Positions 47,684 to 57,554 of a stretch of 64,000 nt of DNA are shown here, one piece after another; within the stretch, counting starts at the first letter, position 1; each line of letters starts with the position of its first letter. The notes under the pieces are model-generated. The model searched no databases. It saw only the letters and a program-made list of their open reading frames with translations, and was not told the DNA's origin. The position numbers and the translations under genes are program-made. The DNA is from Candidatus Eiseniibacteriota bacterium (GTDB lineage Bacteria > Arandabacterota > Arandabacteria > Arandabacterales > Arandabacteraceae): NCBI GenBank assembly GCA_043808325.1, contig JAZDEY010000082.1:3636-67635 (forward strand), in the 5' to 3' direction.

Positions 47684-47710
47684 GCGTACCTTGTTGCCGC
47701 CGTGGGTCCC

Positions 47711-48841
47711 CTATGGCTTCACTGTCGCAACGTACTCCTGTCCCGTCTTGGTGTACTTTAAGATAGCGGCGCTCTTAATAGGATTGCCGGATTGATCAAA
47801 CGTGACATCGCCTGAGACCGCCTTCTTCTCGATTGCCTGGAGCGCATCGCGCACCCTGGCCGGCTCGTCGGAGCCCGCTTTCTTGACTCCCTCAATCAGC
47901 AAATGGGTCGCATCGTAAGCCAGTGTCGCCAGGGCGTCCGGCTTGGCGCCGAACTGGGCCTCGTATTTCTTTACCCACGCTTGAACCTCCGGGCGAGGAT
48001 CCTCCGGCGAGTAGTGATTGGTGAAATAGCCGCCCTCAATCGCGTCGCCCGCGATCTTGATCATCTCGGGAGAATCCCAACCGTCGCCGCCCATGAAGAT
48101 CGACTTTATGCCGAGCTGGCGCGCCTGCTTGGCGATCAGGGCAACTTTGTTGTAGTAGTCGGGAATGTAGAGGATATCGGGGTTCTCTCTCTTGACCTTG
48201 GTCAGGATCGCCGAAAAGTCCGGGTCGTCCTTGGCATAGGATTCATACCCGACCACGGTGCCGCCGCCCTTGGTGAAACTGTCGCGGTAGAATTCGGCGA
48301 GGCCCTTCACGTAGTCGTTGCTGACATCGTAGAGGATCGCAGAGGTCTTGGCCTTAAGGTTATCCAATGCGAACTTGGCTGCGACCGCCCCCTGAAACGG
48401 ATCTATGAAACATGCCCTGAAGATCAGGGCTTTCCGCGATCCGTCTTCCCGCACCGTCACCTTGGTGGCGGTCGAAGTCGGAGTGATCATCACGGCGCCC
48501 ATGCCCTCGCAGAGCTCCGACAGAGGAATCGAGCACTTGGAGGAAACCGAGCCCACGATCAGTTTCACGCCGTCCTGATTTATTAGCTTGCTGCCGGCAT
48601 TGGCGGCTTCGGTAGGATCGTTCTTGTCATCCGATACGTAGACCTTGATCTGCTTCCCGGCGATCCCACCGGCGGAGTTGGCCTCTTCGACCGCCATCAT
48701 GAAACCATTCTTGGTCGATTCGCCGAAGGTCTTGACGTCTCCGGTGAGCGGCGCGACCAATCCAATCTTGATCACGTTCTCCTTCTGTGCGCACGATACC
48801 AGAACAAGCAGAGCCGAAGCGATGACAAGAAATCTCCTCAT
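47711..48841 (-). CDS. livK: ABC transporter substrate-binding lipoprotein, LivK/LivJ family
   Basis: Type I periplasmic binding fold; lipoprotein signal LLVLVSC. ATG 48841 (MRRFLVIASALL) with GGGAGGA RBS; the track ORF extends 36 codons upstream. Confidence 0.8.
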   Translation of the reverse strand: MRRFLVIASALLVLVSCAQKENVIKIGLVAPLTGDVKTFGESTKNGFMMAVEEANSAGGIAGKQIKVYVSDDKNDPTEAANAGSKLINQDGVKLIVGSVSSKCSIPLSELCEGMGAVMITPTSTATKVTVREDGSRKALIFRACFIDPFQGAVAAKFALDNLKAKTSAILYDVSNDYVKGLAEFYRDSFTKGGGTVVGYESYAKDDPDFSAILTKVKRENPDILYIPDYYNKVALIAKQARQLGIKSIFMGGDGWDSPEMIKIAGDAIEGGYFTNHYSPEDPRPEVQAWVKKYEAQFGAKPDALATLAYDATHLLIEGVKKAGSDEPARVRDALQAIEKKAVSGDVTFDQSGNPIKSAAILKYTKTGQEYVATVKP

Positions 48842-49072
48842 TGCATCCTCCCCATTCTGACAAATTCCCGTGACCGTCCACCTATTGTCAATGCCAAGGT
48901 CCACCGACGCAACAGTAATTTTGGCGCCGGCGGAGCCCCGGTCCGTCACCCTCGGTGATCCAAGAGCCCGTATTTCCTGCTATACTATACTTCGATATCA
49001 CGGTAGCCTTACAGCTGTCGCAGGCAAGACCAAGGCAGCTGTCGCCGAAAGGCACCTACGAAGAGAGCGCAG

Positions 49073-50479
49073 ATGAAACTGGCACTGACTTTTCTGGGCG
49101 CGGCCCAGAATGTGACGGGCTCGCGGTATTTACTTGAGGCGAACGGATCGAGAATCCTGATTGACTGCGGCCTCTATCAGGAGCGTACCCTCCTACAAAG
49201 GAACTGGGAGCCGTTCCCGGTGTCGCCGGGTTCTCTCGATACCATCCTCCTGACCCACGCCCACATGGATCACTGTGGCATCGTGCCTCGGGTCACCAAG
49301 AGCGGCTTCCGAGGCAAGATCCACTCGACCGCGGCCACGCGCGAGATCGCAGCGATAGGCTTCTTGGACTATGCCCATATCCAGATCGAGGATCTCGAGT
49401 TCAAGAGAAGAAGGCATGCGCGCGAGAACAGGAAGTCGCCCCGGCCGACGATTCCTTTATATACCAACGAGGACGCAGTCAATTCCATGCGATTCTTCAA
49501 TACCATCAATTACGGGCGGCCGCTGGAGATCGGGGATGGGATCGAAGTCACCTTTTACGACGCGGGCCATATCCTTGGATCCGCGTCGCTGAGGCTGGAC
49601 GTCCGGGCGAATGGGGATGCGAGGAGCCTCATCTTTTCCGGAGACATCGGCCGCTGGAACCGACCCATTATCAACGATCCCACCGTTTTCCACGATGCCG
49701 ATTACGTGGTGATGGAATCCACCTATGGCGACCGCCTCCACGAGGATCCCATGGACATCGATACCATGCTTGAGGATACGGTCCGTTCCACAAGGCAGAA
49801 TGGGGGCAACATCGTAATACCGAGTTTTGCGATCGGGCGAACCCAGGAGGTGCTCTATTACCTGAACTCATCGCTTCTGAAGGGCCGCATCCCTCACCTG
49901 CCCGTCCTGATCGACAGCCCGATGGCGGCTGAGGTCACCGAGGTTTTCAAGCGCCATCGAGAGCTCTTTGACCGGGAGATGAGCGAACTGGTGAGACAGG
50001 GGCATTCGCCCTTCAGCTTCCCCGGTCTCAGGACGATCAGCTCGGTCGAAGAGTCAAAGGCCGTAAACGACCTCAGGGAGACTGCGGTGATCATCGCGGG
50101 ATCGGGCATGTGCACCGGCGGGAGAATAAAGCATCATCTGGTGTACAACATCGCAAGGCCCGAAAGCACCATACTCTTCGTGGGTTATCAGGCAGTCGGA
50201 ACACTGGGCCGCGAGATCGTGGACGGCGCAAGAGAGGTTAGAATCCTGGGGCAGATCTATCCCGTGAAAGCCAAGGTCATGCAGATTCACGGCTTCTCAG
50301 CGCACGCCGACCGGGACGAGCTCTTGAGATGGGTCTCGGGCCTTGAGAGGCCGCCCAGACACGTTTTCGTGACCCACGGCGAGCCTGAGGCCTCTCAGAA
50401 ATTCGCGGAGCTCTTGGGAACAACAAAGGCCTGGAGCGTGACCGTGCCTCATTATGAGGACCGCGTCGAGCTTGATTGA
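49073..50479 (+). CDS. MBL-fold metallo-hydrolase with beta-CASP/RNA-specificity domain (RNase J/CPSF-like)
   Basis: LTHAHMDHCG (HxHxDH) and the beta-CASP region; 468 aa. Confidence 0.75.
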   Translation: MKLALTFLGAAQNVTGSRYLLEANGSRILIDCGLYQERTLLQRNWEPFPVSPGSLDTILLTHAHMDHCGIVPRVTKSGFRGKIHSTAATREIAAIGFLDYAHIQIEDLEFKRRRHARENRKSPRPTIPLYTNEDAVNSMRFFNTINYGRPLEIGDGIEVTFYDAGHILGSASLRLDVRANGDARSLIFSGDIGRWNRPIINDPTVFHDADYVVMESTYGDRLHEDPMDIDTMLEDTVRSTRQNGGNIVIPSFAIGRTQEVLYYLNSSLLKGRIPHLPVLIDSPMAAEVTEVFKRHRELFDREMSELVRQGHSPFSFPGLRTISSVEESKAVNDLRETAVIIAGSGMCTGGRIKHHLVYNIARPESTILFVGYQAVGTLGREIVDGAREVRILGQIYPVKAKVMQIHGFSAHADRDELLRWVSGLERPPRHVFVTHGEPEASQKFAELLGTTKAWSVTVPHYEDRVELD

Positions 50480-50488
50480 GAGTGGGCA

Positions 50489-52351
50489 GTGCGTTCAAGG
50501 TTGCGGAATCACTTGCGGGGGTCGGCCGGGGCGGGGTCCGTCATCGCGCGCCGGGAAGCCGGCGCGAAGGTTCGCAAGGCAACTGCACTTCTCGGCATTC
50601 TGCTCCTGGTGATCGCCTGCGGACGAACCGCAGATCGGCCTAACGTGGTCATCATCGCAGTGGATACGCTTCGGCCGGATCATCTCGGTTGTTACGGCTA
50701 TGTGCGCAACACCAGCCCCAACATCGACAGGCTGGCCGGCGAGGGCGTGCTCTTTGAGCGAGCCGTCAGCCAGGCACCCTGGACCACTCCCTCGTTTGCG
50801 ACAATCTTCACATCCCTGTACCCCACCCAGCACGGTGCCAAGGGTTTCAGCAATCGTATGAGGACCGATTTCCCCACCCTGGGAACCTTGCTGGAGAAGG
50901 CGGGGTACGCCACCGCAGCGATAGTCAATGCGCCTTCCCTCAGCAGGGCTTACGGCGTCGATCGAGGCTTCGGAGTTTATGCCCTGGCCTCGGATGAAAT
51001 CCGCGCAGCCGACCAAACGACCCGAGATGCCCTGGCGTGGATTGACCTCAATAAGAACCGGCCCTTCCTCACCTTTGTGCATTACTTCGACCCGCACATG
51101 CCGTATGCGCCACCCGCGCCCTACGACACAACCTTCGATCCCCATTACCAGGGTCCGCTCCACAATTCCTTTGATTTTGACGGATTCTCACTTGAGCGAT
51201 CCAAACTCTTCGAGGAGCTGAAGCGTCTCTCCGCGGCGGATTGGAATCACATCAGATCTCTGTACGACGGGGAGATTGCATTCACCGACAGGGCCGTTGG
51301 GGACTTGCTCGCCGGCCTTCGCCAGCGCGGGCTCGGGAGTGGAACCCTGATTGTGTTCTTAAGCGATCACGGCGAGGAGTTCTTCGAGCACGGGGGCTTC
51401 GAGCACGGCCACTGCCTTTATGATGAAGTGATACGCGTTCCACTGGTGTTCTCCCTGCCTGGCGTGATCCCCAAAAACGTGAGGCTTTCGGAGCAGGTGC
51501 GCCTGATCGATGTCGCTCCGACCATCCTTGATGTGGCCGGGCTCGAGAGGCCCGCTGATTTTGAGGGCACGAGCCTTATGCCGCTCCTACTCGGCAAGGG
51601 CCATGACAAGTCCCGGCGGCACGGCACACTGCCGCCCGAGGTCGCGTACTCCGAGGCTGTGATCTATGAACGAGAGAAGAAGAGCGTCGTCGTGGATGGA
51701 TGGAAACTGATCTATGATGCGGTGACAGAGGAAATGCAGATGTTCAATCTGGTCGACGATCCAGGTGAAACTCGGAATCTAGTCGCTACCGAACTCGAGA
51801 CCCTTGGTTCACTGGAACGGTATCTTTTCCAGGCCTTGCTCGGCACATCGGACTCATGGTACATCGAGATCGCGGGAGGCCTCCAGGACCATGCCTTCGA
51901 TCTCACCCTAGGTCCCGGAAGGGGTCCGCTCGTAGGCAACATCCACCCGTACCGCTTTTTCGACGCCAACGGGCATGTAGTGAATGTGGGCGCCGCGGCC
52001 AGCGAGCAAGACGGGATCATGCGAATAGAGGGGCTTCATCTTGGAGCGCCTCTTAAGCTTGCATTCAAAGTCGAACCCGAAGACATGCCCATCAAGTTCG
52101 ATCTTAGAGTCGACGGCAAGCCGGCAATCGGGCAGACCTTTCTCGGACGATCACTTGCAAGACCCGAAGAAATGCCCTTCACGCAGGTGCCACGGCGGGA
52201 ACGAGGCAAATCGCAGGGGGTGCCGTCTAAGCGTCCGTCCCCGCCCTACCTACTTATCTGGCATACTCAGAGCCCATGCACGGGCGAGACCGCCATGCGA
52301 CTGGATGAACGAACCAAGAAAGAGCTTCGGGCTGTGGGCTACATCCAGTGA
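50489..52351 (+). CDS. sulfatase-fold (alkaline-phosphatase superfamily) enzyme with Thr at the formylglycine position; probable lipoprotein
   Basis: VVIIAVDTLRPDHLGCYG...SQAPWTTPSFATIFTSLYP...FLSDHGEEF. Aligns to the sulfatase CxPxR signature with C to T and R to F. GTG start; LLVIAC lipobox-like. Confidence 0.75.
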   Translation: MRSRLRNHLRGSAGAGSVIARREAGAKVRKATALLGILLLVIACGRTADRPNVVIIAVDTLRPDHLGCYGYVRNTSPNIDRLAGEGVLFERAVSQAPWTTPSFATIFTSLYPTQHGAKGFSNRMRTDFPTLGTLLEKAGYATAAIVNAPSLSRAYGVDRGFGVYALASDEIRAADQTTRDALAWIDLNKNRPFLTFVHYFDPHMPYAPPAPYDTTFDPHYQGPLHNSFDFDGFSLERSKLFEELKRLSAADWNHIRSLYDGEIAFTDRAVGDLLAGLRQRGLGSGTLIVFLSDHGEEFFEHGGFEHGHCLYDEVIRVPLVFSLPGVIPKNVRLSEQVRLIDVAPTILDVAGLERPADFEGTSLMPLLLGKGHDKSRRHGTLPPEVAYSEAVIYEREKKSVVVDGWKLIYDAVTEEMQMFNLVDDPGETRNLVATELETLGSLERYLFQALLGTSDSWYIEIAGGLQDHAFDLTLGPGRGPLVGNIHPYRFFDANGHVVNVGAAASEQDGIMRIEGLHLGAPLKLAFKVEPEDMPIKFDLRVDGKPAIGQTFLGRSLARPEEMPFTQVPRRERGKSQGVPSKRPSPPYLLIWHTQSPCTGETAMRLDERTKKELRAVGYIQ

Positions 52352-52382
52352 CAGCGCGGCTACCCCGGATGGGTAGCCCCAC

Positions 52383-54254
52383 CTAATAGAGATCCTTGAG
52401 TTTCAGTTTGAGCGTCTGCACCTTGCCTTCGCGGGCGATCCGCATCGTGTACTCAGTGCCGGCTGCCTCCTTGAATAGCTCACTGATCGCAATCACGCCG
52501 GCAAGCCGTTCGACCGGAATCCCGTTTATCGATTTCAGGACGTCGCCCTTCTTGAACCCCGCCTTGTCAGCCGGTGTGCCTGAGGACACATAGAAGACTT
52601 CGATGCTGCCGTCGTCGGCGTTCATGAACCCCAGCCCGCTCTTCCCATTTGGGAACTCGCGATCGAAATCCTTGCCCTTCTCGAATATCACCCGTTGATC
52701 TTTGTAGTCCAGATAGAGGACGAGGTGCCTCAGGATATCGTTGCCGATGTTTCCCGTTCCCTCTTTGCTGCCCAGTGCCCCGGAGGTCTTCTCCAGCGGC
52801 GCCGAGATGACCTGATTGCTGAGGGTATACCCCGCTATGTCCACCTGCCCGTATCTTGAGGCTCGCACGGTGAAGTAACCGCCGGCGCCACCGGCCAAAC
52901 CGTCGACCCCAGGGCGGCCGAGGATCTGATTCGCATCAGCAAAGCCATAGAAGAAACTGGTGCCGCTGGCACCCAAATCAAGCGACCAGAGGCCCGAGTA
53001 CTTTCCATCAACCGACATAGGGACCATGAACAAATTGTCCTTGAGCGGCGCATCGACCACCTTGCCGTTACCCTTGTAGATATACGCCGCCGGATCATAG
53101 AAGGAGAGCGTCTTGCCGGCATAATCCACCCTGGTCACAAAGCGCGACAGAAAATCGTACCCCAGGACTCCAACCACATCCAAACCGGCGCGTTTGAAGA
53201 GACCGCTCAAGCTGATCGATGCGACCTGCTGCTCGTTGAATTGGATTCCGGGAATACTGAAAGGCGGCAGCTCCACGAATGAGGCCTCCACCGTTTGGCC
53301 CGCGCCGCTAGCCTTGATTGAGCCGGCAGATTCAAGGCCAAGATGGGCCGCATAGGCCGAGTCTATCACGGTGATCGATGCTCCTGTGTCCAGGACCCAG
53401 AGCCTTCTGTCGCAATTGACGGTCACGTCGAGAAAAATGTGCTCCCCGATGTACTGAAAAGGAATGTTCTCAGCGCTGACTCCGTTCGTGAACTGAAAGT
53501 CCTTGACGTCTTCACCGGGCGGCTCGAACAGCGCCGGATCGATCGCGATGTTGGATTCGTACTTGGTGATCTGGACAGTTTGTTTCTGTCCGATCGGTGC
53601 GATTTCATTCTCCTGCCTGAACGCAACCTGAATTCCATTCACGTTGCGATAGTCGGAAAAGACGGCCCGAAGTTCTTGGTCGGGGCTGACGCGGGTCATT
53701 TTCTCGAGGTAGAGGTTCGAGGTGTTGACGTAGAAAAGCATGTAGTCCTTGTTGATACTGTTCGCGATCTTCACAACGTAGCAGTCCGCCGTGCCGACCT
53801 TCTCGGTCCCCTCGAAGGTGAGCGTGAAATTCTTGGAGTCACGGTTCAGATGATCATAGACAGCCATCAGTTCATCGACTTTCCGCTTATTGAGCGTGGA
53901 CTCGTCCTTCTGGATCTGAAGCTTGCCGTTCTGATCGACCGTCCATGCAAACTTGCCGTTGTCACCTGATATCTGCCTAAACACCTTGATATCGACTTCC
54001 TGGCGCTTCTGGATCGGCGTCTCGTCCCACTCCCTGACTGTGCCCTCGAGACCGTACACGGAAATCGTGGCCTCGAAATACCTGGTGCGCTCGGCTTTGA
54101 GCCTCTCCAGGCCACCCATCGCCTCGTAGTGTTTGGCTAGGATTTCATGGGGGTCGGTGAGTGGCTGTGTCCAGGACCTTCCTGAGATCAGGATCGAACC
54201 GAGCAGTATCACCGATACCAGGCAGACAAGAGATGGACTGCGTCGCGAAGGCAT
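52383..54254 (-). CDS. secreted multidomain protein: LolA-like N domain, tandem retropepsin-like aspartic protease domains, C-terminal PDZ
   Basis: Signal peptide; LWVLDTGASITVID (DTG active site) and second degenerate SLDLGASGTSF; PDZ GFKKGDVLKSINGIPV. GGAGGA RBS. Confidence 0.55.
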   Translation of the reverse strand: MPSRRSPSLVCLVSVILLGSILISGRSWTQPLTDPHEILAKHYEAMGGLERLKAERTRYFEATISVYGLEGTVREWDETPIQKRQEVDIKVFRQISGDNGKFAWTVDQNGKLQIQKDESTLNKRKVDELMAVYDHLNRDSKNFTLTFEGTEKVGTADCYVVKIANSINKDYMLFYVNTSNLYLEKMTRVSPDQELRAVFSDYRNVNGIQVAFRQENEIAPIGQKQTVQITKYESNIAIDPALFEPPGEDVKDFQFTNGVSAENIPFQYIGEHIFLDVTVNCDRRLWVLDTGASITVIDSAYAAHLGLESAGSIKASGAGQTVEASFVELPPFSIPGIQFNEQQVASISLSGLFKRAGLDVVGVLGYDFLSRFVTRVDYAGKTLSFYDPAAYIYKGNGKVVDAPLKDNLFMVPMSVDGKYSGLWSLDLGASGTSFFYGFADANQILGRPGVDGLAGGAGGYFTVRASRYGQVDIAGYTLSNQVISAPLEKTSGALGSKEGTGNIGNDILRHLVLYLDYKDQRVIFEKGKDFDREFPNGKSGLGFMNADDGSIEVFYVSSGTPADKAGFKKGDVLKSINGIPVERLAGVIAISELFKEAAGTEYTMRIAREGKVQTLKLKLKDLY

Positions 54255-54408
54255 ACATTCCTCCTACTCTCAGGGGTTGAATGGCCAGGAGATGGTACAA
54301 TACCCCAACGTGCTTCCGAGATTGCGCTTCGAGTCTACTGGTTCCGGCAGACAGTGTCAAGGGACGCTCGGGTACCATGGTGTGACATATTGTATGCGGG
54401 ATCCAATA

Positions 54409-54455
54409 TGGCGGGGGCAGATTCCGAAGCATCGCAGCCGAAATCTGCCCCGCCC
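54409..54455 (-). terminator. GC-rich hairpin (CGGGGGCAGAT...ATCTGCCCCG) just downstream of the small Cys-rich ORF
   Basis: 10-bp stem with a 20-nt loop read directly; no clear U-tract. Confidence 0.25.
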
Positions 54456-54467
54456 ACTGAAGCTCGC

Positions 54468-54665
54468 CTACTTGCGTTTCAGTTCCTGGATACGCTCCGC
54501 CACCGCAGCGATCTCCTTTTCAAGCTCCGCCTTGTATTCCTCCAGCCGTTCGGCTTCCTCCTTCGAAGTCCTGAACCGCCGAGCGAAGCCTCCCGACTCG
54601 CAGCAGATCGGGATACACTCACAGTCCGCCAAGCGTCTCCTCGCATCCTTCGGGTCGCAGCACAT
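54468..54665 (-). CDS. small Cys-rich coiled-coil protein (65 aa), paralogous to the C-terminal tail of the adjacent ArsR-family regulator
   Basis: MCCDPKDARRRLADCECIPICCESGG... then EEAERLEEYKAELEKEIAAVAERIQELKRK. Compare the ArsR tail CTCDCG...VESLERYRKDLEKELAGVKARIRRV. Confidence 0.4.
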   Translation of the reverse strand: MCCDPKDARRRLADCECIPICCESGGFARRFRTSKEEAERLEEYKAELEKEIAAVAERIQELKRK

Positions 54666-54794
54666 TACCGGTCACCTCCTTTCCAATTTCCCCGGCAGCG
54701 CCAAAGCCGCCGGTGACAGGGATTGCAATAATTAAGTAGTTAAGCATTAACTTAACTCCGAGGTCAAAAAAACGACGACCTCTCCACTCCGTAC

Positions 54795-55223
54795 CTAGCC
54801 TCTCTGCCGTTGGCGGACCCTCCTGATCCTCGCCTTTACACCCGCAAGCTCCTTCTCCAGGTCCTTCCGGTATCTCTCCAATGACTCCACGTCCGCATCG
54901 TCTACCCGCCTGACCACAGCTCCGTCACGAGTCCCGCAATCGCAGGTGCAGACCGCTGTCAGCTCGCGGCCGCATTTCTCCAAACCTCGTGTGTCTATGC
55001 TGTAGGGAATGAAGTAGCCGTGCCTCTCACTATTTACGAGCCCCGCCTGACGCATCAGTTTGAGATGCTGCGATACGGCTGCGGGAGTGACGCCTACCAT
55101 CTCGGCGATTTTCTTGGCACCAAGAGGTCCCTTGGACTTCAGGATCTCAAGTATCTTGACCCTTGTCCCTACACCCAGCACTCTGAACATGTCACAGCAG
55201 GAATCTCTCACTTCGCCGACCAC
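54795..55223 (-). CDS. ArsR/SmtB-family transcriptional regulator with Cys-rich + coiled-coil C-terminal extension
   Basis: Winged HTH KILEILKSKGPLGAKKIAEMVGVTPAAVSQHLKLMRQAGLV; N-terminal CC pair; C-terminal CTCDCG and a heptad-like tail. Confidence 0.75.
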   Translation of the reverse strand: MVGEVRDSCCDMFRVLGVGTRVKILEILKSKGPLGAKKIAEMVGVTPAAVSQHLKLMRQAGLVNSERHGYFIPYSIDTRGLEKCGRELTAVCTCDCGTRDGAVVRRVDDADVESLERYRKDLEKELAGVKARIRRVRQRQRG

Positions 55224-55686
55224 CTCAGGGTTTAACTATTTTAGCCACTACTACAATACTCAAGCTGCGGGAGTCTGTCAAGCGGCTTCTGAGCGCACTC
55301 CCATTAGGGGAATAGCTACCGGCTTAGAGACAAGTCTTGTGCTGCAAAAGCGGGGAGTGATAAAGTGGCAGAGTAGCCCTCAGTAGTGGCTGGTTCTGAA
55401 CCGACCCGCACTGGCCGGTCTTGATTCGACCACTGACATATTTTGATCGCCGGCGATTTCGGGCCTCAAAGCTGGTGGATAATCACAGGCGGGAGTGCTT
55501 GGCAATTGAGCCTGGGCTGAATCTCACAGTAGAGGTCAAGCAGGAATCCGCCTCAGGCAGTTGTCATCTGTCCGTTAGTGCGGTATATCTTAGGTCGGCT
55601 GAACTGAGGTCCGACCTTGAGGGAGTGATTTTGGTGGGTATCGGTCGAGCGCATGAAGCACGGTTTGGTGCGTCACTTCAGGAATC

Positions 55687-57270
55687 ATGGGATGTCAAGT
55701 GAGCCAGCCGTCAAGAGGCGAGACTGACATGACCGCGGGATTCCATCTCGCCGGTGGTCTGAGAGCACTGCGCAGGAGCCCGGCCCGGCTGGTCCTGGTG
55801 CTCTTCGCGTGCTTCTTCTTGCTTCTCTCGGGTGGCAGACTGGGCAGTGGGGACGCCAGCCTGCAGCTGCAGGCCACGATGCTGCTTGCAACCACGGGGA
55901 GACTGGGCACGACCGCGCCGCCAGCGGGAGCCGACGGAGGGTGGGTTGCAAACCGGGACGGGCGCTATTATGAGGTCCATGACATTGGCAATATCGGATT
56001 GATGCTCCCGGCGGCCGCGCTGAGCGCCCTCATGTCCAAGAGACCCGGTTCGGAGCTCGTGGAGGCGCCACCGATATCGGCTAGAGTGGGGGTATCACTG
56101 ACCTGTGCCCTGCTTAGCGCGATCGGTTGCTTCTTCATGTTCAAACTATTTGCTCTGTATCACGGTGTGCGACGGGGGTTTCTGCTCAGTTTAGCATTCG
56201 CAACCACCACAATCTTCTGGGTCTATGCTAAGACTGCATGGGATGTCACGGGAGCATGCTGTCTCATGTGCGCAGCTCTGTACTTCTCTGCCAAATTGCT
56301 TCACGACAGCCGGCCAGTGCGGGACACGGTGCTGGCTGCGGTCGCCCTTGGTCTTGCGTGCTCGTTCCGCTTCTCGCTGGCGCCGTTCTTCGTACCGAGC
56401 ATCATCCTTGCAATGTACTTATCAAGGCCTCGCCATCGATGGTGGCACTATGTCGCTTTCCTGCTGTGCTTCCTGACCACTATGCTGCCCGATCTCGGCT
56501 ACAACTATGTCAGGATGGGATCTCTGTTCCGCCCCGCGACGACAGCACCCCAGCACCTCCAGACCAACAACGCGCTGACCGGAAGCATTCTGAGAGGCCT
56601 GTTTGGGCTGCTGTTTGCGCCGAACAGGAGCCTTTTCATATACTCGCCGATCCTTCTGTTAATGGTTGCGCTGCCGTTCATGTGGGGTAGCATCGCGCCG
56701 GAACGCCGCCGGCTTTTCTCTGCGTTTGGTGCCGGCTGTGTCCCATACATTTTGCTGATCGCCAAGATGAAAAGCTGGGGCGCTTTTGGCTGGGGCCCGC
56801 GTTATCTTGTTCCAGTGATACCCGTCTTTTTCCTGGGCGCGAGCCTGGCGCTGACGGCTCTCTGGGAGAAGCACAGGGAGTTGGTCCTCGGACTTGTCAT
56901 CGTGTCTGTGCTCGTCAATGCTCCGGCCGTGCTGGTCAATTGGAACTTAACGACTACGGAGTTCCCGCAGGCAAGGGATCAGAATGCTCGATTGCCACGT
57001 CAGATGATGGCAACTTGGACGGGTCTGGTCATGGGGCTTCAAGGGAAACCGCTCCCTGCCCCACCAGAGATAGCAAACGACCCGATACGAAGCGCGGGCA
57101 GACGATTCCCTGATCTATGGACAGTCCGATTGATGGAGCAATCACGGTTTGGCCTGATTGCGGGATTGGGCATCTCGCTGCTTTTCACGATCCTCATTGG
57201 CTGGTCACTTGTCTTCCTGTTGAAGAGGGACAGATGGGGCCCACGGATTAACCAGGGCGGTGTGGGCTGA
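55687..57270 (+). CDS. polytopic membrane protein, GT-C-like (glycosyl/mannosyltransferase-like) architecture; function unknown
   Basis: About 13 TM helices with a large first periplasmic loop carrying acidic residues (GDASLQ, YEVHDIGN). Start may be internal (MTAGF at 55729). Confidence 0.45.
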   Translation: MGCQVSQPSRGETDMTAGFHLAGGLRALRRSPARLVLVLFACFFLLLSGGRLGSGDASLQLQATMLLATTGRLGTTAPPAGADGGWVANRDGRYYEVHDIGNIGLMLPAAALSALMSKRPGSELVEAPPISARVGVSLTCALLSAIGCFFMFKLFALYHGVRRGFLLSLAFATTTIFWVYAKTAWDVTGACCLMCAALYFSAKLLHDSRPVRDTVLAAVALGLACSFRFSLAPFFVPSIILAMYLSRPRHRWWHYVAFLLCFLTTMLPDLGYNYVRMGSLFRPATTAPQHLQTNNALTGSILRGLFGLLFAPNRSLFIYSPILLLMVALPFMWGSIAPERRRLFSAFGAGCVPYILLIAKMKSWGAFGWGPRYLVPVIPVFFLGASLALTALWEKHRELVLGLVIVSVLVNAPAVLVNWNLTTTEFPQARDQNARLPRQMMATWTGLVMGLQGKPLPAPPEIANDPIRSAGRRFPDLWTVRLMEQSRFGLIAGLGISLLFTILIGWSLVFLLKRDRWGPRINQGGVG

Positions 57271-57554
57271 GCGTGACGGGCTGCGACGTCGCGAGGGGCC
57301 CTCTGTGCGTTGTCATAACGGCGGATTTGCGGTATAATTGAAGCGAGCGATGGTTGAACCGCTGGTAAACCGGGCAACTATTATCAACAACGGCAATCTA
57401 AAGGGTATGGAGTATAGTAAGTTATGGTGTCCGTGCCACGAAGGTGGTAACCGGATGCCGAACTCGGTAATGGCCGACCAGGAACTGACAGATCGGACTT
57501 AGATTACGGAGATGGAGAATGTCCAGACGTCGCAGGCAGCCACGGAGGTAGCAA

